Below, piece by piece: positions 49,701 through 64,000 of a DNA stretch of 64,000 nt. Positions within the stretch are counted from its first letter, which is position 1. Each line of letters opens with the position of its first letter. The notes beneath the pieces were generated by a model. The model was not told the origin of the DNA, made no database searches, and was given only the letters and a program-made list of their open reading frames with translations. Origin of the DNA: Azolla caroliniana (Eukaryota > Plantae > Polypodiophyta); NCBI GenBank assembly GCA_043228905.1, contig JBHGNT010000015.1:6448001-6512000 (forward strand), in the 5' to 3' direction. Made by a program: the position numbers and the translations under genes.

Positions 49701-51430
49701 CTTTATATTTATAAGATTTAAAATAAATAAATATTTATTTATTTATCCCTTGAGTACTCCCTAGTCCAAGACCCCCGTGGTCCCGCCCAAGTAACACACG
49801 CGCGCGAAACTTCGTGACATAAATTGGTGAACCTGATGTGAAAGGGCGGCAAGGGAGAACCAAATTGCGAGGAGAACTCGTTGAAGCGATGGCGGCAGTG
49901 GTGGACCGCTTGATAAATGCCCGAGAAGGCATCGCCAGCCTAGACCAGGCCATAGAGACGGTGGTCAGCACAACGGGTCTGTTCAATGGAAGTGATATCA
50001 CGAGCTACTTGGATGCCTATAAGGCTGAAATGCTTATGCGAAACGTCCCCGAAGATAGGCGGCTAACCGGATTCGCTAGAGTGGTAACGCCGAGTATCCA
50101 CGTAGAGGTACTCGAGATCCAAGGGGACTATTGCAATTGGGTGGAGTTCGAAGAAAGACTCCTCAAGAAGTATGGCCTTGATGACTCACTCAAAATTTCG
50201 AAAAGGGATCTAATGGAGTGGGTTGAGCTTCCTGGCAAGGGGAGAAATACTATGGTACTTCTACAAGAATTTGAGAAGCGCTTCGCGCGACTCTCGGCTC
50301 TCGATAGGATGGTGCTTGACACAAGCAAGGTCCTACTATTCATAAAGGTTGTTGATGCATGAGACCAAGAGAAGGTGGGGTCCCTCCTCAAAACTAATGA
50401 TGGGCTCATGACGGATTGGGCTATGGTAAAACGGGTTTGTAGTCGCTTCGATAAGAGAAAGGAATGGAACGACGGGTCTCCGTTGAGTGGCCAAACATCC
50501 ACAGGCTCCATTAGTGAGACACACGTACCTAGGGGTGGTAGAATACCTCAAGAAAGAGAGCAAGCAAATGCAAGGTTCGTCCCCGAGAGAAACGTGGTTG
50601 AACCACCGTCGGGAGGGTCGGCGATAGACGAGCTCACAAAGATGGTGCAAGATCTCCAAATAGCACAAGCTAGGAGAGAGAGTGGCGGCCCTCAAGATCG
50701 ACGTCCCCCGTTCGCGCAAAGATGTATGTGGTGCGACAACCCCGACCACTTACGAAGGGAGTGTGGAGACTTTCAAGAGGCCCTAAGAAGGGATATTGTC
50801 TATCTTTGGAACAATAGGTTCTATTCGACGAAGACAACGCGCCCCTTGGGATTGAATCAAGGCCGAGGGGGCATGAGAAGGCTAATGGAGGAGGCCGAAG
50901 CACGATATGTTGAAACCGTCCACTACTCAACGTCGGTTGGGATCCGAGTGGGGAAAGAGGTGAGGAGGCAAGAGGAGAAAGAGTTTGACTTTTGGTCATC
51001 AATCCTTGGAAGCCTCTCTAAAGGAAAGTTCAAAAGAGACGAAGCGGACGAAGCGGAAAGAAGGGTTCAAGAAGCAACCGGGTGGAAGGATCCGGTGGAA
51101 GAAAAGACTGGTTTAGTGGAAGCCGCTTGCCAAAACTACGAAGTAATGGTAAAAGAGAAGAAGGTAGGAAATGACGAGGGAGCCGGTCCATCAAGGAAAT
51201 ACGACGCTCGAGGTGCACGAAGAAGGGAAGAGCCGAACCAGTCTCAAGCAGGCGATGAAAGATGGAAAGAGAAGGGGAACCCCCCCAACTTCAAGCTTTG
51301 CTCGGAGATCGAACAAGCAACAAACTTGAAGAAGGTAGTGGAGGAAAGGATCCTTGATAGTCGTGTAGAGTTTACTCTGCGAGAGGTCCTCGGAATTGCC
51401 AAGAAAGAATTCCATGAGGTCATCATCGAC

Positions 51431-54400
51431 TGTTAATCCTAGGGCCGGACAACAGCCTAACATAGGGTGTCCACTTAAGACACTTCACCAAAGGGTGGTA
51501 TGGCAGAACGACTTACGACACAACGCTTAATTAGACCTTAATCGATTACTTAGCAACACATCATTAACACGCGCAAGATACAACAATAAGCATAGAACGG
51601 TAATCAATGCTGAAAGATTAAAGCAATAAGTTCTATTAATTATCCACTCTCAATTACATTGTAACCGAGCCTTTATATAGGTCTTCGGTGCGAAATACAA
51701 AACGGTGCCAACCGGCACCTTTTCGGGATCGGTCCGGATCCGGATCGGCATACCGATTCCGGTCCGTCCGTCCACATCTTCTCATATATTACTATATATT
51801 TTAAGATTTTCACACTCTGGTTTGGACCTCCTTAAGCCTTCTTGCCCGCCGGTAACACATCGCACGCCCGTGGGACAGTACCTTGTACGTCGAACCCATT
51901 ATCCGGCCCTTTTACGCTTCATCCAAAATGTCCAAAATGCTTTGCTCCAAAATTTCCAATGGCTTGTCGGGAATCTGTTGTTGTTGTTGTGGTTGTTGCT
52001 GTTGTGGCTGCTGTTCCGTTTGTGGCTGTGGCTGCTCCGTTTGTGCCTTCTCCGTTTGGGGCTGTGGCTCCGTTTGTCGCTCTGGCATCGGCGTTTCCTG
52101 TGTTGGTTCCTTTGTCGGAGTTGTCTCTGGCTGACTGACCCCGGCCTAGTCCCTATCTGGTCCTAGCACTAGCAACGGTTCCTCATCGCTAAGGTTGACC
52201 GTTGCCGCCTTTCTCGCTTTTTCTTCCCGAAGCCAGGACCGCTCATAGCTCTCAAACTGGATTTGAGCCTCCAGCCGATCATCTTCCAGTTGAGCTACGA
52301 GTTGCCGGACCTATACCAATTGTTCATCCGCCAGGGCTGTGAAATCTTTGGCCAGCTTATCCCTTATGGTGGTGAAGTACTCCGATGTCAACATATAACA
52401 GTCGTCGCCCTCCTTCCGCCGGTTTTCCACGTCCGCCCTGAGCAATTGGAGTTCCACCGTATTTTGCGCCCATTTCGTCCACCAACGCACAAAACTGTTG
52501 TCAATCAAGCTTTTGGTCTTAGTGAGCCATGACCGGAGGATGCACTGGATCCGTTCGGCTCCCATTCGTGATTTATTTTCTGCGGCTTGTCGCTCTTCTT
52601 TCAATTGCTTGATGATACGGACCGTGTCCGCCTCCTGCTCCCTATAATGCGACAATTGATTTTGATAGGTTGTTTGCAACCTCTATAATACCATTGTCGC
52701 TCTTTCCTTATCTTCATGGTTCTGTTTGTGGAGCTCCATCCGATCATTCGTCGCTTCCTCCAATAGCTTGGAACTCTCAGCTCGTTCTTCGGCGAGTGTT
52801 GTTGTGGCCCTATCAACTTCTTGCTAGAGCTCAGCCATCCGTTCCTGTTGTTGCTTATACTCCGTCTCCAACTGCTTCTAGTCCCGATGCAGATGATCAA
52901 AATCATCAGTCTTCTGCTTCAGCCTTTGGTTGATCTGTCGGCGCGCGCGGTCCTCTCGGTCCTTCTGTTGACGGAGCTCTTCCTTCAGCATCTCGATTTC
53001 CGTCTCCGCCATCCGTCGCAGCTTGTCTTTTTCCTGCAGCAATTTCTCCTTTTCCTCCTTTAGCCGGTCGTAAGCATGATGTCCTTTACGCAGGTTTTCC
53101 TCTGCCCGACGGAGGTTCTCAGCAGTCTTCTTTAATTCTTCTTCGGCCGCCTTCTTCAAGTCACGTTCACGGCTCCGTAATGCTTCTTGTGCGGCAAGCT
53201 CATCTCGTAATTCCGCAAGCTCTTGGGCTTGCGCCACATCTTTCTCCGGGATAGTTTGTGTCTCCGGGGTCTTATTCCTCTGTACATCAACCGGAGTCAC
53301 CGGTGGTTAGATCTGTGTTGCGGTTAGGACCATTTTGGCCATGCCCCTTTTATCCGATCCAAGTCTTGTTCGAGGCACCGGATCCTTGACCGGGCCGTCT
53401 CCAGTTCATCGGTTATGACGAGCAACCATTTCGTTTCTGCTCTTTCCTCCGCCTCTATGCATCTGACTACTCCGGCAATTTGGTCTCCTATCCACCGGAG
53501 CCATTGGCTGCCGGTGCACTGTTGTTGCGCTTGCACAGAGGGTTGGCTGATGGGTTCACTCACCGGTGGTTGGTCCCGCCTTACTGCGTCGAGCTGCACT
53601 TCTGGTTCTGCCAGCTGACCACTTTGTCGTTCCGGCTCTTGAGTGTGTTTCGGCTAGCCGCCCCTTGTCTGCTTGTTCTTGGCCGGCTGGGAAGGTTGGC
53701 CTTTGTATATCCCGCTCTTGAGTTACGGGGCTTACCGGTGCTGCCTGTTGTGCAGGGACTTCTGTGACCGGTTCCATCCGAACCGGTTCCGGTGCTTCCC
53801 TTAGCGTGGGATGCTCAGTGTGAGTTGCGGGCGTTCCCTCCTTCTATAGGTCCGAACGCTTACCGGCTGATTCAACGGTGCTCTTCACCGGCCGCCGCTG
53901 GAGGTGCTCCGTGGGTTCTTCCTCCATTTCCTCCATCTGAGTCCCGACATTCATTCTTGCTGCCAAGGTGTCCATTTCTTGTTGCACCGGTCGGTGGAGT
54001 GGGCTCTTCAGGGGCCGTGCCGATGTCTCCTCATGTGTGTCCGTCGGCCGCTTCCGGCTGGCACGCTCCTTTGCCGCCTTCTCTACATCGGTCATCTTCC
54101 CCTTAGTGGCCTTGGAAGCCAACAGTTGTTGCCGTTTTGAAGCATGTTTCGGGGTGTCGTTCGTTGCTCTTCCCCACTTCTTGGTTTGGACGGACTCGAC
54201 CGGTGGCGCCAATAGGGTGAGCCATTGCATCACCGCATGCCATATTTTCCGGCCTTCCTTGCCGTCCTTTCCTCTTACTATATCAATAATCGTACAAAGC
54301 CCGTCGGCGATCAACACCGGCCAATCTACCTTGACCCCTTCGTACGTTGCGATGATCAAGCCTGCTCGGTTCTAAGGCATGACGGGGGGTCGAGGGTACA

Positions 54401-57400
54401 CGTGGCCGAACTCATGGAGCACATGGGCAATTTCACGGAATTACATATCTTCGCGGCCCTGTGTCCTGTAGCCCTTGCTGGCAAGAGAGTACTCACCGAA
54501 ATATTTGATGAGTTGCTCGGAGGTAGGATTGTCGATCGTGTAGATGCCTCCCTCCAGAAGGCCTATTAACACACGGATCTCCTCCTCCGTGATCACCTCA
54601 GTGTCGATTTCTTTGATAATCTTTTCGGCCTCCTTGTGTGGCGCCGCCTCCATGATCGTTAAGAAACCCTCTAGTCCGTGCTGCTGTAGCCATTTCTTGG
54701 TGGCTTCAGACAGCGTTTGGCAGTCCATCTCTGCGTCGAGGTCGGAGAGCGTTGGCGAGGTTTGGTAGTGGGGAGAGTGTGAGAGAGAAAGTTCTGAGGG
54801 AGGGGGTTCTCTGTGTGCGAGCTCTCTGCGATTGATCTTCACGCGTTTGTCTGCGTCTGTTCTCCTTGGTTCGCGATAGGAGAAGGTCTCGATGCGTGGG
54901 GGTTTATCTCTCTGCATCCTAGCACCTTTTTCAAGCCTCCGCATGTGCAGGTTGTGTACTATAATAGCATTGCGTGCCATGTGGCGGTGGTTTAATGTCC
55001 TATTCATAGCCCCTCGTACCTTTTCGACATGCCTCTTTACTCCTCGTATACATGGCCGTTTCCACCACTCCTTTTCATGATTTATTTGATTCGCCCCTTT
55101 ATTTGATTTTTTATTTTTATTTTTTTGTAAAGTAAATTGTGTGGTTAATTTTTCTCCGGTCCTGTCGGACCCTTACCCGAAACGCACACCTTGCCGGCCT
55201 CTTGACGGTTTGCCGTCGTTATGCTTTCCCTGGTTGCCGGCTCGTGCTCCCCCTTACCCGCTTGGTGGTAGCCTTTTTACTCACGGGTTGCCGTCGTGGT
55301 TGGCCTGTCGGCGTCTGTTTCGGTGGCGGTTCTTCGCTCAAATGGGTTCTTGGGCATAGGTCCTTTGTATGGCTTTAGTCTAAATCCGTTGACCCATTTA
55401 CCTTGCACTTTGCCAGCAAGTGTCCCTAATTGGTAGGATCCATTGAACTCGCGGGTGATCCAGTATGGTCCGGTCCATCTAAACCGTAGTTTGCTTGGCA
55501 TTTTACCGATCCGGGTCTGGAACACTAGTACCGGCTTGCCGATTTCGAACATTTTCTCGTTTCCCTTCCGGTGCCGATCTACAAATGCTTTCCGTCGTCG
55601 TTGTTCCAATTCCAGGTGCATGATGCTCGCCAGTCCGTGTTCCTCTAGTTCACACAGAGCCTTTAACCGAATTGCCTCCGATTCTTTTTCATTAAGTCGT
55701 TCTCGAATCTAAATCCGTAAGCTCGGTACCTAGAATTCGATCGGCATGACTGCCTCTAATCCGAATGCTAACCGGAACGACGTTGTTCGGATGCTTGTTT
55801 TGTACGATGTCCAGTAAGCCCAGAGCGCACTCTGCAGCTTCGTGTCCCAATCTGTCCGATTTTCATTGACGATCTAGCGCAGGATATTCTGTAGTGTTTT
55901 GTTTGTTGACTCCGCTAATCCGTTGGCTTTTGGGTAGTACGGGGTGCTCCGTTTATGTACTACCGCATAGAATGACGTCAAGCTCTCCACTACCTGTCCC
56001 AGAAAGTGCCCTCCTTGGTCACTTATCAGCTCTATTGGGCATCCATACCGGCACCAAATGCATTCATATAAGAATTTTGCCGTCGACGCCGCGGTGTTAT
56101 CTCGTAAGGCTTTGGCTTCCACCCATTTAGTGTAGTAGTCCGTCGCGACGATAACATACCGGTCGCCAGTTCTCATTGCCGGTGGTTTAAATGGTCCGAC
56201 AAAATCCAGACCCCATTTCTGAAATGGTTCTAGCGGTAGTACTGGCTGGTGCGGCATCCTAGCTTGCTCTGTTGGCTGGCCCATTCGTTGGCATAGGTCA
56301 CACTCTTTCGCGTATCGGACTGCGTCTTTCAATGTAGTCGGCCAGCATAGCCCACTTTGCCATATCTTCCTTGCCGTAGCATCCCCGGCATAATGGCCTC
56401 CGGCGACTCCGTAGTGTGCTTCCCGCCGAGTGATCTACATGGAAGGAAAACTTTCTTCCCAACAAATAGTGCCTGAATTTTGTTACGCTATAGATCATGC
56501 CTAAAGCTTCCCTTTCCGTGGTGGAGTAATTTCGTTCGGCTTGGGATAACTTCCGGCTTGCGTAATATACAGGCCAATACCATCTTGGCTCCGTAAGTTG
56601 CATCAGCGCACTCCCGATTGCAATGTCGGACGCATCCACGAACACATGAAATTCCTTCACCCAATCTAGGGGTTGCACTATCGACGCTTGCGACAATAGA
56701 ACTTTAAGTGCCCGGTCTGCCTTATCTTCGGTGTCGGTCCACTGGAACGGTGTTCGGTGTACCGCAACATGCAGTGGTGTAGCTAGGTCCGCCAAATACC
56801 GGAGCATTAAGCTATGCCAACGGATTTGTCCTAAGAAACGGCTCAATGCCTTTGCCGTTTTTGGTGCTGGTGCCTCCCGGATCGCTTTTACTTTGTCCGG
56901 ATCCACGACAATGCCTTCCTTGCTCACAATATGCCCTAGTAGCGTTCCGCTGGACACTCCAAATACACACTTCGCCGGATTCAGGCTTAGTCGGTACGCC
57001 CTACACTTCTCCAGACATAGTCTGAGGTGCTGCAAATAATCTTCATCTCAGCTATAGACGGCGAAGTCGTCAAGGAACACCTGCATAAAAGCCGGTATGT
57101 ATTCGCCAAAGATCTCCATGATGATCCGTTGGAATGTTGCCGATGTCGTTTTCAGTTCGAACATCATCACCATGGCAACAAACACTCCCCATTCGGTGAC
57201 GAAAGCCGTTTTCTCTTTATCATCAAGGTGCATCCGAATCTGATTATACCCGTTGAATCCGTCCAAGAAACTGTAGACTTCATGGCCGGCGACGGCATCC
57301 AAAACTCCATCCGTAAATGGAAGTGGAAATGCATCTGTTACCGTTGCCCCATTGAGCTTCCGGTAGTCGGCACAAACTCTAATTTTGCCGTTCTTCTTCG

Positions 57401-60400
57401 GTACGACTACGATCGGGCTCAGCCATGTAGATTTCTTTACGGGACGAATGAAGCCAACCCTAAGCAATTTTTCGATTTCCTCCTTGACTTTGGCGGCGTA
57501 GTTTGGGTTCATCCGGTACTAACGTTGTGCTACCGACTTGGCGTCTTTGCTCAGATGTATCTGGTGCTGATACAACTAAGGATCCAGCCCTCTCATATCC
57601 TCATAAGACTAGGCAAATACGTCGCGAAACTCGTTGAGTGTAATTATCGTCGTTTTGTTCTCTGCATTCATTTCTTTGGCAACGTGCACCGGTTTTGCCT
57701 CCTCCGCCGTTCCTAGATTTACCTCTTCTAATTGAGACGCTTTTACGCGCTGTGATACGGCCATTTCTCTTTCCAATGCCTCTTGCGCTTGCCGTAACTC
57801 CCGGATTGCTTCTCTATCCGGTCCTGCTTCGGTTCCGTCCGGTTGTAGTTAGGGTGATACCGCTTCGGCGACATCATTTTCGAATAGAGGTACAATCTTC
57901 AGGTTCTCCTGCAAGTACTAATCTTCTTCTTCGTATGCTAATCCTTCCAGCATATTGACGCACTCCGCATATAACGATGCCAGATCCTTGTCGGTGCCCT
58001 TCCTTGGTTGTGTTGGTACCCATACCTTCACTTTTCCCCGCCGGAACGTAATCATATTCCTCCTCCAGTTCTGCTTGATGTGTATCGTCTTTAACCAAGG
58101 GCGTCCCAACAATAATGGGTACGCTCCTTGAGCCTGCAACTGGAGAACTACGGCTGAGATTCGGAATGTGTGGCCCCCGATGGTTACTTCTAAGTCCCGT
58201 ATTAATCCTGTCGGTCGCACCGAGCTTGTGTCCGCCATTCGGAGCCAGAACGGACATGGCTCCCACTCTTGGATTCCAAGAGCATCGCACGTCCATAGGC
58301 TTATTACATTAACACCGGAGCCTCCGTCTATTATCGTGTCGGGGAGTTCTTTCCCTTTCACAATGGCAGTAATTGCCGGACTGTTGGTGTTCACCACCGC
58401 CGGTCCCTCCTCCGGATTTGAGAAGAATGCCGAAGCTGGTGGTGTGCCGCCTGTTGTCATGCCGGGCTGGAGTCCTTCTGTGAATCTTGGTACTAGCTGC
58501 AAGAGTCGTCCTAACGGCGGAGTGATCTGGCATTCCTACAATGCCTGCCATGTCGCGTTTTCGGATTGACTGCCGTCGGCGAGCTCTTCGGTGTTCTCCT
58601 TTTGCTGCGCAAGTTCTGCTACGTTTCGCTCATTTGGCTTTTTCACCCATTCCGTTGCCTGTTTCCGGATGGCCTCTTGTGCCTCCCATTCCGTCATCTT
58701 GCCCTTCGACCTTGTGGTGACCTGTTGTAGGTCTGCGACTTCGGTGACTACCATGTTTACTGTCGGTCGCTTGTCATAGCTCTTTGCCGAACATTGATTA
58801 CTATAATGTCCTTCTTGGCGGCAATAATAGCAATATGATTTCCGAGTATTGTTGGATTCAGCATTGTTTCCTGTACCCGGTGGAGGTCCTGTGGTAACCG
58901 CGGGGCTCTGGTCTGGTTGGCTGCTTGAGGCGCCTTTTTCCGGTTCACGTGGGTGGCTCCCATTTTCTAAATGCCATTTTTTATTAAAGTTCTTTTTGTT
59001 GCGGTACCCTTTCCGGGGTTGGTCGTCATACCTCCTGTAATCTACCCGTCATTGGTGATACCCGGGGGAGTGATCCCGGTTGTGATGCTCGTACTGTCCA
59101 TTGTAATCTCAGTACTTGTCATATCTCTTGTACCGGTCATATTTGTCTCACCGATCGTCGTACCAGACATCCTGTGCCAGTCGATATATATCTCTCCTCT
59201 TGCCGCCATCGTTCGTCTTCTTCGTCTCGGCTGCTACGTGGCTCAATTTGTCAGACTGGTGGTGCTTGCCGATTCAATAAGTTATATTTGCACCGGTCCA
59301 TCGTGTGGCTCGTAGATTGGCAGAGTAAGTTGTGCGTCCGCATGGTGCACTCCAGTGACGAGTGTCCGGAATTCAAGCAGGTCGTGCATTGGATTGCTTG
59401 CCGGAACCGGAGATCCTCATCGGTTGGTAACGCTCGTTGGAGGGCTCCCATTGTTAGCCAAGAGCTCGTTTTCTCCATTTCTCTAACCCGGTCGATGACC
59501 TGGTCGACGGTGCTTGTGCGAAAGTCGATGACCGTGCATACCGTTCATAGAGGTTCCCGGAGCGCTGCTAAAAATATAGCCCGTGTTTCTTCTTCCGGAG
59601 GTGCGCGGGTAAGCTGACTGTGCATCCATTGAAACCGGATGACAAACTGCGGAATGCTCTCCCCGGGATCCTGCCGAATGGTATAAAATAGGCCCACCAT
59701 TTCTCTCTGGTCCACCTCCTTCTGAAAGAAGTGCAAGAATTTATCTTTCAGGTCCGCAAAGGTGGTGATGGTGCTACGATCCTGCGTCCGGTGCCATCTG
59801 GCAGCCCGTCCAACCAATGTCATGCTGAATTCGGCTATCTTAGACCGTTCCTCTTCAGCCGCGGTTAACCGTTGTGACACATGGTTCGCCTCCCATGTTT
59901 GTTGAAACGCTTGAACATGAGCCTCCATGTCTGAGTCATCCCGATACTTGGAGTACTGGAACGGCATGTCGTCGTCCGGTGTCGGTACACGGGTTGGCGG
60001 TGTCGGTGGTCTTTCCTGCTGTTCAGTCGGCGTCGGAGGTCTTTGCCGGTCTTCCCTTGGTGTTGACGGCTCCACTTCCAGTGTCGGAGGTCTTTCTTTG
60101 TCTTCTTCCGTCTCCGGAGGTTGCTCCAAGTCTAGTGTCGAGGGTTCCTCGTCTGCCAACTCTGGTTCCGGTGTCGGTACTGTATCCGACTCCTCGTCCT
60201 CCGGTCCTCCTGGGGTGTCGTTACTGCTGCGATAGTTCGTGTGCGCGTTGTAACCCCCTTCCGAATCCGATTCCAATGCTGAAAATGCTTCGGATTTGCC
60301 GTCTCTTCCGGCCAAGGCCTGGAGAAGGGATTCCACTTCCCGGAGATTGCTTAAGTTGCTTCCTTCGTCCGGGTAGGCGTTTTGTTGCAGACGGAGCGAC

Positions 60401-61060
60401 TCCTCCGCCACTTTCCGGATCACTTTGGAAAATGATCGATCCATTCGGATTTCTTCTGCTGCTTGCTGGAAAGCCTCTCGCCTCCTCCGTTCAGCAAGTC
60501 TTCGTGCTCTCTCAGTAACCGGGTCGTCTGTTGGCCTAGTCATCCATTCCTGCCGCTGTTCACTGCGATTATGCAAGAATCGTGGTCGCCAAAAACTGTG
60601 TTAATCCTAGGGCCGGACAACAGCCTAACACAGGATGTCCACTTAAGACACTTCACCAAAGGGTGGTACGGCAGAATGACTTACGGCACAATGCTTAATT
60701 AGACCTTAATCGATTACTTAGCAACACATCATTAACACGCGCAAGATACAACAATAAGCACAGAACGGTAATCAATGCTGAAAGATTAAAGCAATAAGTT
60801 CTATTAATTATCCGCTCTCGATTACATTGTAACCAGGCCTTTATATAGGTCTCCGTTGTGAAATACAAAACGGTGCCAACCGGCACCTTTTCGGGATCGG
60901 TCCGGATCCGGATCGGCATACCGATTACGGTCCGTCTGTCCACATCTTCTCATATATTACTATATATTTTAAGACTACTAATTACAACAGTTCCCGAATA
61001 AACTATTCCTTTTCACACTCTGGTTTGGACCTCCTTAAGCATTCTTGCCCGTCGGTAACA
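51431..61060 (-). mobile_element. Full-length Arg-primed Athila/OTA-like gypsy with extra 3' ORF, copy 2
   Basis: LTRs 60599-61060 (462 bp) and 51431-51857 (427 bp, lacking 35 bp). TSD TCGAC/TCCAC. PBS TGGCGACCACG. Deletion at the RH-INT junction (~56425). The host gag frame resumes after it. Confidence 0.94.
51912..55007 (-). pseudogene. Accessory 3' ORF, copy 2
   Basis: Pieces 54441-55007, 53844-54359, 53324-53599, 52878-53300 and 52311-52679 are colinear with copy 1. Confidence 0.8.
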
Positions 61061-61637
61061 TCCACCTAATGAAGAGGAAGTGGCTCTCGACGGAGCAAGA
61101 AGTAGCAAAGCCCGCGATTGTAAATGCATTGTCAACTAAGGTTCCCGAGGAAGACAAAGACTATGTAGACAGTCACTACACGAGGCCGCATTGGACGAGA
61201 GCAACAACAGAGACACCGATACGGGTCAGGGATGTAAAAGAGCCGGTTGTAGCATTGATCGACCATGGCTCTAAGATCAACCTTATGTCCATGGACTTTT
61301 AGAAAAAGGGAAAGTGGCCGATCAACACGAAGCACAGGTGGAAGATTAGAGTGGTGACCCGAGCAACCGAGTAGCTATACGAGGTTTTCCCTAATGTACG
61401 TGTGAAGGTGGGGGAAGTAGAAATAGATCAACATTTCTTTGTTCAAGAGACGTCCTCACACCCGGTCATCTTGGGTGAACCATACATCACGGCGGCTCGC
61501 ATGGAGACAAAGGTGCTAGACAACAGGTTGGCATATGTGAGGGTCAAGAGCCAAGATGGGAAGCATTCGGTCCAATTCCTTATGGTGAGGCCCAACCATG
61601 AGCGCAATCGGGCCTCCCTCAAAGGGGCGAGCTGAGA

Positions 61638-61705
61638 GAATTTTTGATGCGGGCTATTAAAGAGTGGGGCCACAATAGATCGAGGCAAACTAAGACCCTA
61701 AACCC
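61638..61705 (+). promoter_or_regulatory. -1 frameshift signal G_AAT_TTT plus stem/pseudoknot, copy 2
   Basis: Same 6-nt spacer, 8-bp stem position and 15-nt loop as copy 1. The pol ORF at 61644 is in the -1 frame. Confidence 0.72.
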
Positions 61706-64000
61706 TTGTAAAACTATTAAATGTGACAAGAAACAATTTTGGTTCTCCGAAAATGGAGCTTGTAAAATTACTAGTTTAAGTGATAGAGATAAGCCTAGGG
61801 CCAAGAGATACGAAAGGTATCTCAAACAATGTAATTTATTGGGGGAAGATGACACCATAAGCGGCACCATGGAGGCGGTCTCGTTCGACGACACTCTCAG
61901 AGAGATGGAGAGGGTAGTCGTTTTGGGCCTCAATGAAGACAAGGTAATTCCAGTCAACTCAGTTGACATGTACACCGCCATCGAAGAGCTTGGGCGGTTG
62001 ATTGAGGAAGCGAGGACGGTCAAGGTGCAAACAAAGTACAAGACCGTGGACAAGAAGGTGAAACCTGTGGCTGCTCCATTGCCTAACGATAGTTGTGATC
62101 GGATAAAGGGGGTAGCAGCTTATCCTAGCTTGTGGGACCCATGAGGAATAGGGCACCGGTTCACCGACAAGACGCGACAGAAGCTCCGGATTAGTGGGGG
62201 TGGCTTCCTATTGCCTTGGGAGGAGGAAGGATTTAGAAGGATGATCGAAAGCCACGAAAGGGTTTCGCCTTCTCGCCGGGTGAGATAGGGTGTGTAAACC
62301 CTAAGATCATGGAGCCAATGGTGATCTTTATGGTGCCACATGTACCGTGGAACATCAAGCCAATCCCGGTTCCGAGAGCTCACATCCCGAAGTTGATTGA
62401 GCTACTCAAGGAAAAGATCGAGATGGGTATCCTCGAGCCATCAAGCGCCTCATACTCGAATCGGTGGTTCACTGTGCCAAAGAAGAACAGCACCTTATGC
62501 TTCATCCAGGACCTACAACTTGTTAATCAAGTGACAATTCGAAATGCAAGGGTCGGACCGAGCTTTGACAAATTCGCCAAGGCCTTCGCTGGAAGGTCTA
62601 TTTATTCGATCGATGATCAATTCCAACTAGCTGTGGAGAGTAGGGACATCACGACGATGCGGACCCCTATCGGCCTACTGTGAATGTGTACCTTGCCACA
62701 AGGAAGCACTAACTCTATAGCCCACATGGTAAATGCAATGAACAAGGTATTAAGAGATTGCATCCCCGACATCACCATGCCGTTCCTCGATGACATCCCC
62801 ATAAAAGGGTGCTCTGAAGTGGAGAAAGATGAAACCTTGGACAAGGATGGGTGCAAACGTTTTGTGGCATATCACAGATTCTCCGATTGCGAGAAGGTTC
62901 TACAAAGACTCAAAGATGCACGCTTGACCTTCTCGAGTGAGAAATCGTCATTCGTCCAACCAGAGGTCCTTGTTGTGGGACAATTGTGCGAGGCGTACGG
63001 ATGGAAGCCATCCCCGATAAAGGTGGACCCCATCACAAACATGAGGGAAGAATGTAAATCGCAAACAGAGGTGAGGCGACTTCTTGGTGCCTATGCATTC
63101 TACCACATCTGGATCCCGCACTATGCTCACCAAGCCGAGCCCTTGTATGGGCTACTCAAGAAGGGGTGGAAGTTCAAGTGGGAGGAAGAGTACATAGAGG
63201 CAATGAGGAGGCGCAAAGGAATGTTGGTAGCGGCACCAGCTTTACAAAAAGCCGTATACAAGGAAGGGGTGCCCATCTACGTGACAGTAGATACAAGTCC
63301 AACAAGGATTGGATGGGTCATAAACCAAGAAGGAGAGGATGGTACATGCTACACCATCCGGTTCGGAGCCAAGGTCTTAAGCAAGCGACAACGAGGATAC
63401 GCCCAAGTGAAACGTGAGCTTTGGAGTATTGTGTCCGTAGTGAAGGCGGATAAAGATTACCTAATCGGGTCAGAGGTGGTAATAGAGACGGATTTCCTTC
63501 CAATCCTAGGGATGGTTTCAGGATGTGCAACACCTGACCTAGCTATGCTAAGATGGATTGCTTGCATCAAATCAATGAACCCGGAGATTCACCACATTTC
63601 AGGGAAGAACAATGCCATGGCAGATATGCTATCGAGGGCAAGATTTGAGGGCGAAAGTGACATGGTGTATGAAGATGAGGATGTCGCTCTTGACTTCTTT
63701 AAGACGGCCCAATCGTCTATAGATGATCGAGATGTGTGAGTACTCCACGCCTTCAACGAAAGTGAATACGAAGGGGAGTGGCTACACATTGGCAAGTTCT
63801 TAAGCTCAATGACGGTGGGTAGTTCATGGTCGAAGGAGGAAGCACAGAGAGTCCAAAAGAAAGCGTACAAGTACTTCCTACGAGGAGGATTCCACTAGAG
63901 GCACCCGAAGAGAAGGACGGGGACACCACAATGAGTGGTCATAAAGGAAGAGGACCAGACAACATTGGTGTATGAGTTCCACGAGAGTCCTTGGGTGGGC

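Larger units (their letters stand above)
48488..64000 (+). mobile_element. tRNA-Trp-primed Ty3/gypsy, copy 2 (diverged subfamily), interrupted by Arg-primed copy 2; runs off the window
   Basis: 5' LTR ~48488-49819 (TGTCGTG...CGTGACA). PBS TGGTGAACCTGATGTGAA at 49825-49842. gag ~49888-51430 resumes at 61066. PR IDHGS, then RT-RH from 61641. Confidence 0.9.

Overview
Eukaryotic (land-plant) DNA. A non-seed plant such as a fern or lycophyte is my inference from the retroelement lineages, not something the sequence proves. About 85-90% of the window is nested, mostly decayed LTR retrotransposons. The Ty1/copia elements include a Tnt1/Tork-like copy and several copies of a tRNA-iMet-primed family whose LTRs begin TGTTGAG. 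There are three kinds of Ty3/gypsy: a full-length chromovirus (8696-14334) with no tRNA PBS and an apparent self-priming site; two tRNA-Trp-primed elements with a conserved -1 frameshift/pseudoknot after the protease; and two full-length tRNA-Arg-primed Athila/OTA-like elements carrying a ~1000-codon extra ORF (plant-mobile-domain-like plus coiled coil). One intact 6-exon host gene, an RLCK-VII/PBL-type kinase (39882-42508, 399 aa), sits in an AT-rich island between two retroelement nests. The most notable unexplained signals are tRNA-type A/B-box (Pol III/TFIIIC) modules in the U3 of two unrelated gypsy LTR families, the covarying frameshift pseudoknot, the self-priming geometry and the accessory ORFs.
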